Below, one piece after another: positions 39,346 through 52,890 of a stretch of DNA of 64,000 bases. The stretch spans positions 9,610,001-9,674,000 of the forward strand of contig NC_087436.1 of assembly GCF_036321535.1 (NCBI RefSeq), in the 5' to 3' direction. The DNA comes from Camelus dromedarius (lineage: Eukaryota). The notes below the pieces were generated by a model. The model saw only the letters and a program-made list of their open reading frames with translations, did no database searches and had not been told where the DNA came from. A program made the translations under genes and the position numbers. Position 1 is the first letter of the stretch; every line of letters starts with the position of its first letter.

Positions 39346-40592
39346 AAAAATTATGGAAAGTAAATCTGAAAGAACATACAAAGAGTGAGCAACTGCAAAA
39401 GATAGTTTTGTTTAAAAAAGAAAATGAAAAGAGGAAAGAAAGAGAGAGAAGTGTGAGATTTTAAGAGAAGAGGCTTGCAAAACAGATTTTAGCCTGGGAG
39501 GAAAAGAACTCCAGCAGAATTTCTGCTTCTTTTGTTGTTGTTTTTATTGTTATTGTTGTTATTTAGTTTGTCTGTGCTGTGGGTTGTGTTCTAGATTGCT
39601 TTGGGACTCTGAGGAAAGGCCCAGTCTTCTCTCTTTTTCAACTAGCTGTACTCTATTTCTGCTTGATTTTGCAAGTGGGGAACGCTGGTTTATGTGACTG
39701 GATGGAAAACAGCCACAGATGCTTATTCCAATGGTCAAGACAAACCAATACATAATTGCTGAACTTCCTGGGCTTTTGATATGCTAGCTGGACTTTTTAT
39801 GCTGTCTTTTGTTTTGTCTTGCTGTGTTCTGATTTTTTTATTCTTGTTTACTTGAGGGAATATATACTGCGTACCATGAGTGTATTGGCAGATGGGATGA
39901 CATGGCGGAATTGAGCATGGCTTTATGTAAGAGGCATCCAGCCACATGGGAGAAAGATAAGAGACTGTAACAGACAGTAAAGTGTGTGGGTTTATTACTA
40001 CTGGGAAAAAAGTACCCCAAGGTTGATTGCTGAAAGATGAGACCAAGAGGTTGGCAGACTAGATGTGGTAGTTCTGTAGGACGACCTTGGGACACATAAA
40101 GAGTCAAAACATCAAGACTTTGAGATGTTATCTCCTAACCTACAGAGCTGTGGGACTAAGACCAGAAAAGGACACTGTTGTTTATGTTCTGGTATGAAGT
40201 CTCTGTGGTGGGCGCTGTACTTAAAACATCCTGTGTGAAAAGCAGCTCTAGGTCACGTGGATTTACTTCCTTTAGTTAAGGTGAGATGAATACGTCAATG
40301 AAGGATTTCCAGAACTTGTCAGTGGTGTTCTAGCTATTGTCAGCAGTATTCCAGGTGTCGTGGTGTTGCCTTGCCCCTCTGCACCAAGACCCCTGCAATC
40401 TGTAAACTCCACGGTTCTAGTGGAATCATTTTCCTAGTAATGTTACATGAATGGTATTTACTGGAGTTGTGCAATGTGGTGGTCCTGACCCCTGAGCTCT
40501 GGCTTGTAATAGATAATGAATGAGATGTAGCTACACAAGCTCAAATCCTGTAGAAAGAACACTGTGTATCCCACAAAGTGTGATGGGAACCA

Positions 40593-40688
40593 CTATAGGC
40601 TGGATTGGGTCCTCCATCCAAATCCACATATTGAAGCCCTAACCCTCATGTGACTAAGTGAGAGATGGAGTCCTCAACAAGGTGATTA
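40593..40688 (+). mobile_element. MLT1A/MST-like MaLR LTR 5' end, truncated
   Basis: ctataggctggattgggtcctcc...aaatccacatattgaagccctaaccctcatgtgact...gagatggagtcct...aaggtgatta. Confidence 0.7.
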
Positions 40689-41134
40689 TGGTGTCCTGTC
40701 TTATGTTTAAGTCTTTAAGCCATTTTGGGTTTATTTTTGTGTATGGGGTGAGGGAGTGTTCCAACTTCATTGATTTACATGTAACTGTCCAGCTTCCCCA
40801 GTACCACTTGCTGAAGAGACTGTCTTTTCTCCATTGTCAAAGATTAATTGACTATAGGTGTGTGGGTTTATTTCTGGGCTCTCTATTCTGTTCCATTGGT
40901 CCATATGTCTGTGTTTGTGCCAGTACCATGTTGTGTTGATGACTGTAGCTCTGTAGTACTGTCTGAAGTCTGGGAGGGTTATTCCTCCAGCTCTGTTCTG
41001 TATCCTCAGGATTGCTTTGGTGCTTCTGGGTCTTTTGCGATTCCGTATAAATTTTAAGATTATTTGTTCTAGTTCTGTGGAAAATGTCCGAGGTAATTTG
41101 ATAGGGATGGCATTAGATCTGTAGATTGCTTTGA
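40686..41134 (-). mobile_element. Internal L1 ORF2 fragment (downstream of the RT domain), no tail
   Basis: ttatggtgtcctgtcttatgtttaagtctttaagccatttt...gggctctctattctgttccattggtc...aatttgatagggatggcattagatctgtagattgctttg. Confidence 0.92.
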
Positions 41135-41759
41135 GTTGATATAGTCACACACAGGTATATCATGCAATAATTAAAAACAAAGGATGCTTAATAACATGGT
41201 AATATATGACAGGTGATAAAAGTAGAAGAGAAAATTGTATATAATCAGTAATCCTACTTAACATATGTGTTCATATATTTCATTAGTTAAAGAAGAGGAT
41301 TAGAAAACAGGAAGCCAAAATATTATCGTGCTGCAAATCACAGTAAAAAAAAAAAATCAAAGATTGTCCTAACTGGGATCATTTAATCCACCATGTTTGG
41401 TCATTTCAGAAATGAGGACTTAAAGTCTCAAAGTGGGCAAGACACTTCCTGAGTCACATTCATCATATTTACTGCAAAATTGTGATGATAGCTGATTACA
41501 ACACCATTCTTTTCTCTTAACACATGGGGTACAACATTTCCTTTCACTGGGGATAAAAGAAAGATAATATTTGAGAAGACAGAGACCAACAGAAGGAAAT
41601 GCCTAGTTGAAGTGTAGAAATTTATGATGGATAATATATTTTATTCCAGCTTCCAGAATCTATCTGAAGAGCATGAGTTTTCATTAAGTGTGTTTTTCAT
41701 TGCAGATTAATTCATGTATTCTGTGCAAACTATAGGCATGATTAATAAATTACCATTTA

Positions 41760-43125
41760 ATTCATTTGTTCATTCACTCTTCAAATATTATTGTATATTT
41801 ACTATGTCCTGGGCATTATTCTAGATATTGGGGAAAACAATTAACAAAATACACACACACGTGTGAGTTCAGTTACTATATGATCCAGCAATCCCACTCC
41901 TGGGCATATATCCAGAGGGAATCTTAATTTAAAAAGATATATGCACCCCAGTGTTCATAGCAGCACTATTTACAATAGCCAAGACATGGAAACAACCTAT
42001 ATGTCCATCAATAGATGACTGGATAAAGACGTTGTGGTATATTTTTATAATGGAAGACTACTAAGCCATTAAAAAAAATAATAATAAAATAATGCCATTT
42101 GCGGCAACATGGATGGACCTGGTGAATGTTATTTGAAGTGAAGTAATCCAGAAAGAGAAAGAAAAATACTATATGATATCACTTATATGTGGAATCTAAA
42201 AAAAAAAGAGAGAAATGAACTTATTTACAAAACAGAAACAGACTCACAGACATAGAAAACAAACCTATGGTTACCGGGGGGGAAGGGGGTGGGAAGGGAC
42301 AAACTGGGAGCTCGAGATTTGCAGATACTAACTAATATATGAAAAATAGATTAAAAAAAACAACTGTATACTGTATAGCACAGGGAGATGTATTTAATAT
42401 CTTGTAGTAACTTATGGTGAAAGAGAACATGAAAACAAATATATGTATGTTCCTGTATGGCTGAAGTATTGTGCTATACACCAGAAATTGACACAAAATT
42501 GTAAAGTGACTGTAGTTCAATAAATATATATTTTAAAAAATTAAATAAAGTTATAAAAATTAATTGCTTTGGAATTTTTATCTGCAAAGCAATCAAAATT
42601 GAAAACTTAGTGATTTATACCTCTACAATGGACAAAAGACAGACAACGGACAGAAACTTCAGTGAAGTATGGAATGTGTTAGATCCTAGTAAGTGTTGAG
42701 AAGTAAAATCCAATAAGGAAGAGCTAGGAATCATTTAGGGATAGGAAAAGGGGTGTCATTTTAGGTCAAGGGTCCAGGAGCATCTTCAGTGACAAGCCAT
42801 CATCACTTGACTACAAATTTGAAAGAAATGTAGGTGAGCAGAGCAGGTGCAAAGGCCCAGAGGCAGGGGCATGTTTGAGTGTGTGAGGACAAGTGGGTCA
42901 GTGCAGCCAGAGAGAAGTGAACAAAGAGGAGAGATAGAAAGAAACCAGATCATGTCAAAAGTCAGAGATTGGTTTATGACTTCAGCTTTTTCTCTGGGTG
43001 AGATGGAGACCCCTGGATGTACAGAGTAGAGCAGCATGGTCTGATAGTCCCTTCTCAGGCACAGACTGAAGCAGAAACAGAGAAGGCAGTGGAGTGGTTT
43101 GAAGATATTACAATGACTCAGGCAT
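41760..43125 (-). mobile_element. L2 LINE relic split by a younger L1
   Basis: L2 3' end ttcatttgttcattcac...tttactatgtcctgggcattattctag. Resumes after about 42600 (gcaggtgcaaaggcccagaggcagg...). Confidence 0.6.
41868..42560 (+). mobile_element. 5'-truncated camelid-type L1 (ORF2 end, 3'UTR and A-rich tail)
   Basis: tatgatccagcaatcccactcctgggcatatatccagag...gagatttgcagatactaact...ccagaaattgacacaa...ttcaataaa. Confidence 0.95.
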
Positions 43126-43154
43126 CTAAAGTGTGAGCATCCCTGCATCACCCC

Positions 43155-43320
43155 CACATGGATCCCACCTAATATGATAAACTAAAAACTCCTAATCTAA
43201 TCTCATCCAGGCAGCCAACCAGATTAATACAGCCCCCTCCTCCCTATTCCCTTGGAAACAGGGCTCACCTTAGTTCTCTCAGGCTCAACTACCTGTTAGG
43301 TGGGATGTGGGCCAATTGCC
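43155..43320. mobile_element. Small non-autonomous DNA transposon (MITE-like) with subterminal inverted repeats
   Basis: ATCCCACCTAA (43162-43172) and its reverse complement TTAGGTGGGAT (43296-43306). Confidence 0.6.
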
Positions 43321-43324
43321 ACTT

Positions 43325-43878
43325 GTCTTCTTCACAGATCTCTTATACTAATTTTACTCATTGATCATTTTATTTTGTATTGATTTATTATGCAACCCAA
43401 ACATATATTATGTAAACAAGTGTGTTTTCAAAAAGAAAACTACTGTTTATAAGAAAACCAATTGAAATCCTTTGGGAAAAATTAATGAAAGTAATTTGGT
43501 TTAAAAATACTGTTTAATTAGGTGAAGATGATTTTAAAGGCTAGGAGAGGGGGAAAATCTAGAAAGATGCTTTACTCATATTGCTTTGTGAGTCTCTTGC
43601 AGTAGAGTGTCCACTTCTAAGTCAACTGAACTAAATACACCTAAGGTGTGGGCAGAGCAAGAAAGATGAGAAGAAATCCAGTCAGCAGACCTGTATTCAG
43701 ATAAAAGGCTCAGGCCAAAATCAAAGCATTGGTAAATACATGTGCAATTATTATTTTTTAATTAAAATAAAATAGTAAAGCCTAACTCATTATCTTTAAA
43801 TGATTTTCTGCTTTAAACATACATTTTCAATTACTCAACCTACAACCCCTACTCCTGATAGACAGAGGGATTCTATTA
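43325..43878 (+). mobile_element. Tigger15a-like TcMar DNA transposon relic
   Basis: aaaatctagaaagatgctttactcatattgctttg...gcaagaaagatgag...aatccagtcagcagacctgtattc...gacagagggattcta. Confidence 0.55.
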
Positions 43879-44094
43879 TAACATGTATAATGTCAGGTAA
43901 TTAAGTAAAACTATAAAAATACAGTGTTTGGGACTTTTATCTGAAAACAATCATCACAAAAAATTAAATAGTGATTTATTCATCTGTAAACCATGGAATT
44001 ATTGAAGCAAGTCTTTGCTATAGACTGTTCTGCTATATTCAAATATGCCTTAGCTAACTGGAAAATAAACTTTATTTTTTAACTGAATTATTTT

Positions 44095-44227
44095 TAAATT
44101 ATTTATTTTTTTGTATCTTTTTCAGGGGAAGAAAATTAGATTTATTTATTTATTTGATCTTAATGGAGGTACTGGGGATTGAACCCAGGATCTCCTGCAT
44201 GCTAAGCACCAATTACCACTGAGCTGA
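44095..44227 (-). mobile_element. Camelid tRNA-derived SINE (Vic-1-like, long-tail form), 5'-degenerate
   Basis: aattagatttatttatttattt...taatggaggtactggggattgaacccaggatctcctgcatgctaagca...taccactgagct. Confidence 0.88.
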
Positions 44228-46187
44228 TTACCACTAAATCAGAATTCCTATGATTCAGTCTTTCCCCATAGAAATGTATAAAAGTAATGAATATTTAAAA
44301 TAGATAAAGGTAAACCTACCAAATTAAAAAAAAAACAAAATTAGCTTGTTTCTCACAAATGCCCAGAGTGTTTATGTTAGAATTGTGAATATTCTAATGA
44401 TGTATTTTTTTTAAATGTGAAAGCTAAGCATGTTTAGAATACAGAAAGGAGTACTTCAATGGCTCAACAGCTAGTATTCAAAGGTTTTGAACTTTGTGTG
44501 TTTCATTATATTATAAGACTTAAAGAACATTATGGTTTTCCATAGAAAATCTTTCTAATTGAGGGGTAATTATGGAAATTGTACAGTTAAGTGATCCAAA
44601 TGCAATATGAATAAAATGCTATCATTCCCCCCTCACTTTTCTAATGAATAGATATGGTGTCTTTGGTTGGACCAAATCCACCCTTTAACCAGGGTGCTGC
44701 CTTTACTCTGTCATATTCAAGGTTCTGGTAATCTGGCTACACAGTATCGCTGCTGGATTCAGTGTTCTCCTCAGGACATTTTTTATACCCAGCAGAGTTA
44801 TGTAAAGTAGAGGGTATAAAGAGTTGGTAGAGGACACAGCAAATAAGTATCTGATCAGTAATAGCTGCAGATGTAATTTTTTCAGGAATTTAATTTCTCA
44901 TCACATTGAAAGACATTAAAAGAGGATTTGATAATATGTCCAAACTCAGAGCAGTGTAATGTAGATATCAAACATGGGCTGTACTCTTGAACCAGGATTT
45001 GTTAGCTGGACACCCTAAAGCAATAATTCAGCCTCTTGAAGCCTCAGTAAATGTTCTGTATGTTTTCTCTATGAACTAAATGACATTAAAGAAAAGAAAA
45101 AACCAAACAGGATCTAGACAGAATAAGCACTAAGCAAATGACAGTTATTTTTATCATCAGTGCTGGCATTCATTGACCTTATTATGACCAAAACACTGAC
45201 TATGTTGTCATCAGCGATGGCAATTTAACAACCCTTATAATGCAAGAGAAACATTAAGAAAGAAAAGCAGTATATCATATGAGAGATGTAATCAAACATG
45301 TTCTTAAATTGGCACATGCTTCTGTTAACTGAACAATATTCTCAAAGTACAAAAGACAAGATCTTTATTCAAAGTGTCTTCATTTGTATGTATATCCACT
45401 TGAATTCTCCAAAGCCTCTTAAAATCAAACAAAATTGAAACTACGTATTTATTTATCCCTCCCAATCTTTACCTCTCTTCCAGCATCCCCTTGCTTCTGC
45501 ACATTTATAGTTAGACGGTGGTTCCCCAGCTCTTGTCCTCACTCTATCCCTGAGACAACTCTTTCCTTGAAAATACTTGGGAGGGGAAAATAAACTTCCT
45601 CCCATGGGCTCCACTTAAAATGAAATCACATGTGCACGTATTCTTAATAAATGTCTTCTTATATATCTAAATTTTTCTGCACACTTACAGAATCAGTTTC
45701 TTCATCCATAAATCTGACCATTTCAGCACTCACAATTTTAGGAAAATCATGGCTTATGTGATATTTAAGTCATCTGTCAAGGGTTTTTAACATCCATTTT
45801 TAGTCTCTCTCTTATCTGGTGGTATTTTTCTGTTTATGAGAGAGTCATAATTTCCACACATAACCCTCTTAACTTTCTGAAGCACTGAGAATTGAGTTTC
45901 TCCTGAAATGAATTATTGTTTGGTACTGACATCAACCTTCCTTCCTTCAAAACTCTCCATCATGTGTGTCTTCCATGATGATCTCCAAACACAACAGCTT
46001 TATAAGGATCCAACAGCTCCTGTATCCCAGCACCCTGCTCTGAGCCCCACATCATCTTTCTTCTTTTACCTAAAATAAAATAAAAGAGCTGGTTGACCTT
46101 AGGCTCAAAACATTAACCATTATTCACTAAATAAAGACCTATGACTACCAACTCTGACTTAGGCTTGACTGAGTTGCCACCTATGAG

Positions 46188-46701
46188 TGTTGCTAAGTCC
46201 AAACTCATTCTACTCGCCATACAACAGGCCAATAAATGAGATGAGGTTTTGGGGCAAGGAATAATGACTTTATTTGAAAAGCCGGCAGATGGAGATCTCA
46301 GACTAATGTCCTGGAGAACCATCTTCCCCAAATCAGAATTCAGCCTCCTTTTATACTAAAAAGGGGAGGAGGGTGTGGTTGGTGGTTGCAAACATCTTGG
46401 TATTGGAGTCCTTTTTTATTGCAGCTGTCCAGTAAGTCAGGTTAGGATGTTCCTGCAAACTTCCAGCAAGACAAATGTCTTTCTCTGTTTTGCAACTTTT
46501 TATCTTTATATGAATGGAACTATGTTGTACCCTTAAAGGTCAGAGCCTTGAGAATGGGCTCTCCTATATATTTCAGGCTCTAGGCAACATTCTTTTACAA
46601 AAGGTGCAGAACCATCATGACTGAGCACAGGAAACAGAGCCCAGGGTTAGAGCTAAAGGAGCAGATCTCATACGGAGTCAGATTTGTCCTTCCCTATTAC
46701 A
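46188..46701 (-). mobile_element. ERV1 solo LTR resembling cetartiodactyl MER41-like LTRs
   Basis: TGTTGCTAAGTCCAAACTC...caggccaataaat...ggggcaaggaataatgactttattt...ttttatactaaaaagggga...CTATTACA. TG...CA termini with minus-strand TATA and AATAAA. Confidence 0.8.
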
Positions 46702-49164
46702 CGAAGATTAACTCAGCTGTCTCTCAGCAACCACAATGTAAATCATCTGCATTTGTCACCTTTTAAAGGGTTATATCTAAAATTAATTTTTGTCTCCTCT
46801 TTCTGGGGTACCTACTACCTATGTCATGCTTCTATCCATCCACTGCAACAAAGGACTGTTACTGACCCTTGTCTTCACCCAATGTATGTTACAATGTGTC
46901 AGTTCATCCCCAACAGATCATCTAAATGCAGTGGCAATCATCTCAGATTTAACCCCTCTAGGGGAGCAGGGTGAATATTTAAGCCCTCTCTTGCCTACTA
47001 GAATTATTGTATTTATTCTTGCTTGGATAACTGTCATCACCACATATCGCCATGCTATCTTTATATTTAAGAGGTTAACCAGACTTCCCCAAAGTGCATT
47101 TCCTATACATCACATAGTCTATATTTTAGTCGATCCACCCATACACACCCCCAAGATTGGGTTAATATTCATGCATTGTTTTAAGGTGCTGCAGCATTAG
47201 GAGACAGTGCTTCCTTTTTTACAGCTGAGTGTGTGTCACAACCACACACTCTATCATAAATCTGGTATATCAACACCGGGTTGAGCAAAGTGTGTTGGAA
47301 CTGTGTGGTGCACTTATACATGGATATTTTTCAATAGTAACTACTCTAGTACTCAGATTAAAGCTTGACTGTTTAATAGAGCCACATGCCTCTGATTCTC
47401 TTGCTGTGTTGTTATATCTAAGGATTATTTTAAGCTGCACTACGCTGGCACCATGAGTCATAACAACACAGCTTTCCTCTTTGTCTCATCTTGATAAACA
47501 ACTACTGTGAAATAAATATTGCAGACTTTATTTCTAAAATATTGTACCTTCTGTTCTAGATTAATTCACACTCTGTACCCAAAACTTAGAATCAGCTGAG
47601 GAGCGCTGACATGTCAGTGGGAGGTTAGAACAAGGCACTTTGATGTGGACAAGCATTTCGTGAACTAAGGGTAATGGCATTGATCTAATGTGCCTCGAAT
47701 GGCTCACGGGTTCAGGGCCAAGGACAGATGTGACGTAGGTGGACAGCTAGTGACATAGTCTAGGCTCCATCCCAAGGGTCCCACTCACTCCATGGAGCAG
47801 CAGAATGCTACCCATAGAACCATGGCTGTTATTACATCAAAAGTGTAGAAAAACATGGGAAGATAAGACCAAAAAGTATCAGTAATGTCAGAAGGATTCT
47901 TAAGGTTTTCATCCAGTAGTTAAACACTGAGTCTGAGCCAGGGAGAATGTTTTCTTCTTTGTGACAAAAGTGCTTAACTCTTGCAAAATGATGAAAAGCC
48001 AAGAATGCTGTTGGAAGAACCTTAGCTTCTTCAACAGAACTGCCGATGGAGTTGCGCCCTCTCTGTAACCAGCACAGAGCCTCCATTCCATCCCTGAGGC
48101 TGGAAGCCAGGAAGAGGCTCATTTCCTTGTCTAGCAGGAGGTCAAGGATTGGCCCAATCCCAACCACACAGACTGCGCTGTAGGACCAGTGACTACCTTT
48201 CAGAGTCAAGAAACAGGTTAAAGCAGGGCTTGTAAACGCAAATGCCTGGAGGGAATAGGCTGATAAGCTAATCAGGGAACCAATTTCTACTATGCAGTTT
48301 AGCCACATAGCAGAAAAATGATAAATGACCTTACGCCTCAGTGTTGAAGGAACGATACAGAGTAACTGTCACCAAGTGAAAAAGTCACTACCTGAGTGAA
48401 CAGCTCTAAATCATGCTATCTAAAAACATGGGCCTGGTGGACTAGAGGGGTTTTTTTTCCCCCAAAAAAAGGTCATTAATTCGATTCTTTAGGTGAATTG
48501 TCCTGGAGTTGATGACTAAGGTGATTTTCTAAACCAGTGTAAGAATCTCAAAGAACAGCCTGGCAACTGGTAACTCTTGGAAAGAGGCTTTGTGTTCATC
48601 TATAGAGGCTGTGTCATCACCTTCTCAGGTTTCTGTTCATTTGGGGTTTATTCTGTGATTCCACTTGGAGTCTTTTAACCTGTGAGCACCTTTCTCTGAA
48701 GGTCTGGGGTGACGTGGTTTGACATCAGCTTAGAATGGATCACCGGCCTTTGGAAAATTGGGCCGGTTTAAAGTAAAGGAGGCGCTATCTGAATCCCAAC
48801 AAAGTCATTCAGAAAACAGTCCTGGGATTTGGGCCCAAAGTCTTACAGTTACAGACTCCACAATTTTCCCCAAAATGCCTCTTTAACTGAAGTGAAAGCA
48901 GTCAGTGGTAATAAGTCAATGATTCCTTGCGACTGTCAGTCTTCTTTAGTCTTTTCTTTCAATTTGCACCTGCAAAAAAGAATATCTAAATCCTGTAAGA
49001 CCAATGGAAAATTATTATAGACAATTATCTCCCATACCCGGTGTTGATAATAACATCTGCATATACCAGATTTATGAGCGTTTACAATTGTGACACACAC
49101 TGTTGTCAAAATACCACGTACTGCTGGTCTCACACATCTGAGTTTCACCATGGACTGTGTCAAC

Positions 49165-49540
49165 TGTTGGGATACATGTCTCTGTGGACCTCTTGTGTTC
49201 CCACATGGCTTGTTAGTGAGGCATTCATTGACTGTCCTTTGTTATAGAAAACTGTCATGGGTGTTTATCTAGTGAACAGCCTTGGAAGACAGAGACAGTA
49301 TCTCCCTCTGGAACAAAGGCTAAGCGTGCTTCTCCCATTATAAGAAATGGGTTTTTCCCAAGTTCAACACACCGAGTTTTGAGTTGACACCCACTAGGCT
49401 GATTCCTATCACCCTGTGAGGCTGGAGGCCAAAGAAAATGGACACAAGTATGCTGATGCTGCTGGCCCTCAGTGATAAAGTCCTTTGTGCCTGACCTGGA
49501 AGTCTTGTGTCTTCCACCAGCATCAATGACATTGTTGCTG
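49165..49540 (+). mobile_element. LTR40-like (ERVL) solo LTR
   Basis: tgttgggatac...gaacagccttggaagacagagacagtatctccctctggaacaaaggc...gataaagtcctttgtgcctgacctggaagtcttgtgtcttccaccagcatc. Confidence 0.8.
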
Positions 49541-50769
49541 TCCACCTTCTCAGCTTCCAAGGAGGGAAGACTCTCAGGAGCTTCCCAGTTCTCGACAGTG
49601 CTGTGCCCACGGCAGAATGCTGGCCGGTTACATGCAGCTGGCTCTGGGGCACATGCTGGGACATTCTCCTGCCTTCCTTCAGCCCCCCTGAAAGTTCTGA
49701 TCTCAGTAAGACTTGATTACCTTCCCAGATTACTCTGCTTTGCTCTTGGCTCAGCTTGCCCCTTCCATTTGTCTGCAAGCTAGACCTCAGTGTTCTCCAT
49801 GTTCTCCACCCACCCACCATACTATAGTACTTTAATTCATGTCATTCTCTTTGTTAACTCTTCGTGGCAGGGACTGTGGCTCCCTAGAGAGGTTGAAACA
49901 GCACATATTTTTTCATTCCTTCACAAAACTATAGAATAATTTAGTATCCTAAATACATACTTCTGATTACTGTCATTTGTTTATAATCTAGATAGCAATT
50001 ATTTTCCTGTTGCTTGTAATGACCAAGATGAGGTGCCTCAACAAATTTTCTTTTCACTTTTTGCAGAAAATCCCAACAATGTTCTTCCAAAATAGTCTCT
50101 GACTCCCTCGGGGTCCTGTGTCCTCCTCTGGCTTTGGCTTCCTGACTCTGCTGTCGTATTTTCTCTTCTATGTCTTGCAGTTGTTTATTTATTGCTTCTC
50201 TCGCATTAACTCAAACTTGACACTGAGCCCCTTATCTTGATTTTCACTGAGGCTAAAATATACCGTATGAGATCAACGCACATGTATGAGATTTATTAAA
50301 GATTTTCAGAAAGATTGGACCACATCGAAGACATAGGGGTTAGGAGATGGTTTCGTCCTTCCTGTTGTGGACGGGATATTTAATGTGCAGTCTATAGTCC
50401 AGTGACTGTGATGCGTGTTCTCACTCTGTCCACCCTTAGGTCCACTCTGCCTTCCCCTGTCCTGCTGAGCCCCAGGACAGGGAACTGCGTCACTCAGGTT
50501 CACATGTCAATTCAGTCCAATAGGAGGTGAAGCTGGAACTCAGAGCACAGTAGAGGAAGGGAAGATTCTCTCCCCCACTCTCTCTCTACCCCGCCATAGC
50601 CTGGCAGACGCCACATTCCTCTGTCAAGGCCCAGAGGTCCCGCCCAGCCCTTTTAGGCAGAGGGTGCTGATGCTTTAGTGCCACTGCTACACCCTGGGTG
50701 CCTCGCATCCCTGTGGATTCCTCTGCCTGTTGTTCTGAAAACAGTTCCTTCACTAAGCCACCTGTAGTT

Positions 50770-50876
50770 AATTTTTTTTAATTTTTAAAAATCTTTTATT
50801 TTATATATATTTTTAAAGGTTACTTTTCTTTTACAGTTATGACAAAATATTGGCTATATTCCCCATGTTGTACAAT
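50770..50876 (-). mobile_element. Very short L1 3' tip
   Basis: T-rich tail plus tttttaaaggttacttttcttttacagttatgacaaaatattggctatattccccatgttgtacaa, the reverse complement of the terminus type seen at 15080-15160. Confidence 0.8.
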
Positions 50877-52828
50877 TAAATCATTTTTAATTTGTCTGAT
50901 CACCAATGGCTTGAGATCTTATTTCATAGTCTGAAATGGTTAACATGTGAGAAGACAGAACTGTTCTAATAATTCAGACACATTGAGAAAAAAGTGTGAC
51001 TATCTTATTCTTGCACGTAGTGGACTTTTTGAGTGTATCCTCTGTCTCCTTCTGGTAACCCACCTGATACATCCAAGCACTAAAAATACATGGCTCCTAA
51101 TCTCAATTTTCCAGCGAAGAGGATTAAATTCAAGGAGAGTAAGTGACTTGCCCAAGATCACTCAACCCCTGAGGGGAAGAGGCAGAATGTGACTGTGAAT
51201 GAGTTGTTTCCAGAGCCTGCTCTGGTTTTACAATGTCAGACCACCTCTCCAATGATGTCCTGTAATTCAGCTGATTGGCTTCACGAACGGGTTTGCTGTA
51301 AAAGCCAGCTTGCTCTGAAGTACTTTTCTAAAAGCAGAATTCTGCAAAGCTTTCTCAGGTAATTAACCAGTATTAAAATCAAAAACCCGTAATTCATATT
51401 TATCTCTCTCTCTCCATCACTTTACTAAGAAAAAAAAATTAGAGACAGGAGTGAACATTTTAAGTAACGAAGACAAGTACTAGAATGTCAATAAAAGATA
51501 CTCTCTGAGGATGATTTTAAATTTACTTTTGTTAGAAACTGCTGAGGAAGTCTTGGCCCATGCAGAGAAAAACCATCAAGGTTGGTTTCAGGAGGATGAA
51601 ATTAAGCTTGTTCTCATTGGTTGCTCAGGAACACAGACCAGAGCACCATTCTCTGTGTAACTGTTGAACAAATGACTGTCTTTGCTGGCTGATATCACAG
51701 ACATCTTATGGAAATTTAAAATCGATTCCTTCCAATTATCTCCATCATATTCACTGTATTTCTCCACATATTAATATTTGAGCTTTTCTCTAAATCCCAT
51801 GCCTAATTTTACTTAAAATGATTTTTTTTAGAAATCCAGTTGACAGCTTGGGCATTTTATAAGAAATTTTATCATGTCCCTTTTTGTTCTTTTGCATATG
51901 TAGCATGAGAATATTGTTTCCAAACATATTTGGAGGAAAAATCAACTCCCTCTCTTTTAATGTCAATGTCTGTTACAAACACATATATGCATTCCAGTAC
52001 ATTTAAATACCTGTGAAAATTCACCTGGCTAGAATGATTCAAATAGCAGCTCTGGGTTCCATAGTCAGTTTCCTATAGATAAGAGTGACTTTTAGATTAT
52101 TTGTTTTCAGTAAGTACATGTTTCAGACATTTGGTGGAAAATAGAAACTTAAGGCTAAATAACTGAATTTTGTCTGAATTTTCTGCCACATCTGACAAAA
52201 GGTCTGTAAACCAAAATGTTCAGCAATAGCAATATTGAAAGAATGTTCAATTATAAATGGTCAAAAGGCATAGTAAATACAGGGAACATCACAAAAAACA
52301 CACAGACTTCAAGTACCATTAAAGAACCATAAAGTATCTGTGCCAGGAACATCAGGACCCCAAACAAAGAAACTACTGGACTTTTAAAGCGGATTCTCGG
52401 GAACTGGACTGAGTCACAGCCAGGTTCATCGTGAAGCCCGGCTTGCCCTGCCCAGCATACGTCACTCTGACTTCGAGCAGCAAAACTACAGTGGGACTTA
52501 GCAAGGTGAAGAGGCAGCAGGTCATCGTGACAGGAAGCTGAGGCATTCCTTTTAAAGGACAACCAGCTCTCTCTTTTCCAGCTTTTCTGATGCTCTTAAC
52601 AGAACTAAAGGTTGGATTGTTCATTCCACACAAGAACCTGCAGATCGCTGCCCTGAATCACCTATCTCAGCTACAGCTGTCGTCACTGCTCTCTTGTTAG
52701 CGCAGAATGTGAGCCTTCCCTTTGCTTTCACCCTATGCATGTTCAGATATCCGTGCGCTTTTGCACAGGAGAAGAGCAAGAGTGCCCATTGGTGCGCAAA
52801 TGTGTAGAGATGCCTTTGTGTGCTGGGT

Positions 52829-52890
52829 ATATAGATAGACAGGGAGATAGATAAATGGATAGATACATAGATGATTGATAGAAAGATAGA
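52829..52890. repeat. Degenerate (ATAG)n microsatellite
   Basis: atatagatagacagggagatagataaatggatagatacatagatgattgatagaaagatag. Confidence 0.8.

Noticed and set aside
46440..46475. STAT1 GAS sites in the MER41-like LTR
   Set aside because: Only near-matches (TTCCTGCAA, TTCCAGCAA) are present, with no TTCN3GAA.
47789..48308. 158-aa minus-strand ORF with an acceptor (ttccctccag at 48246) and donor (gtgagt at 47788)
   Set aside because: No recognisable homology, a stop occurs before the donor, and no partner exons are evident. A lncRNA exon cannot be excluded without RNA data.
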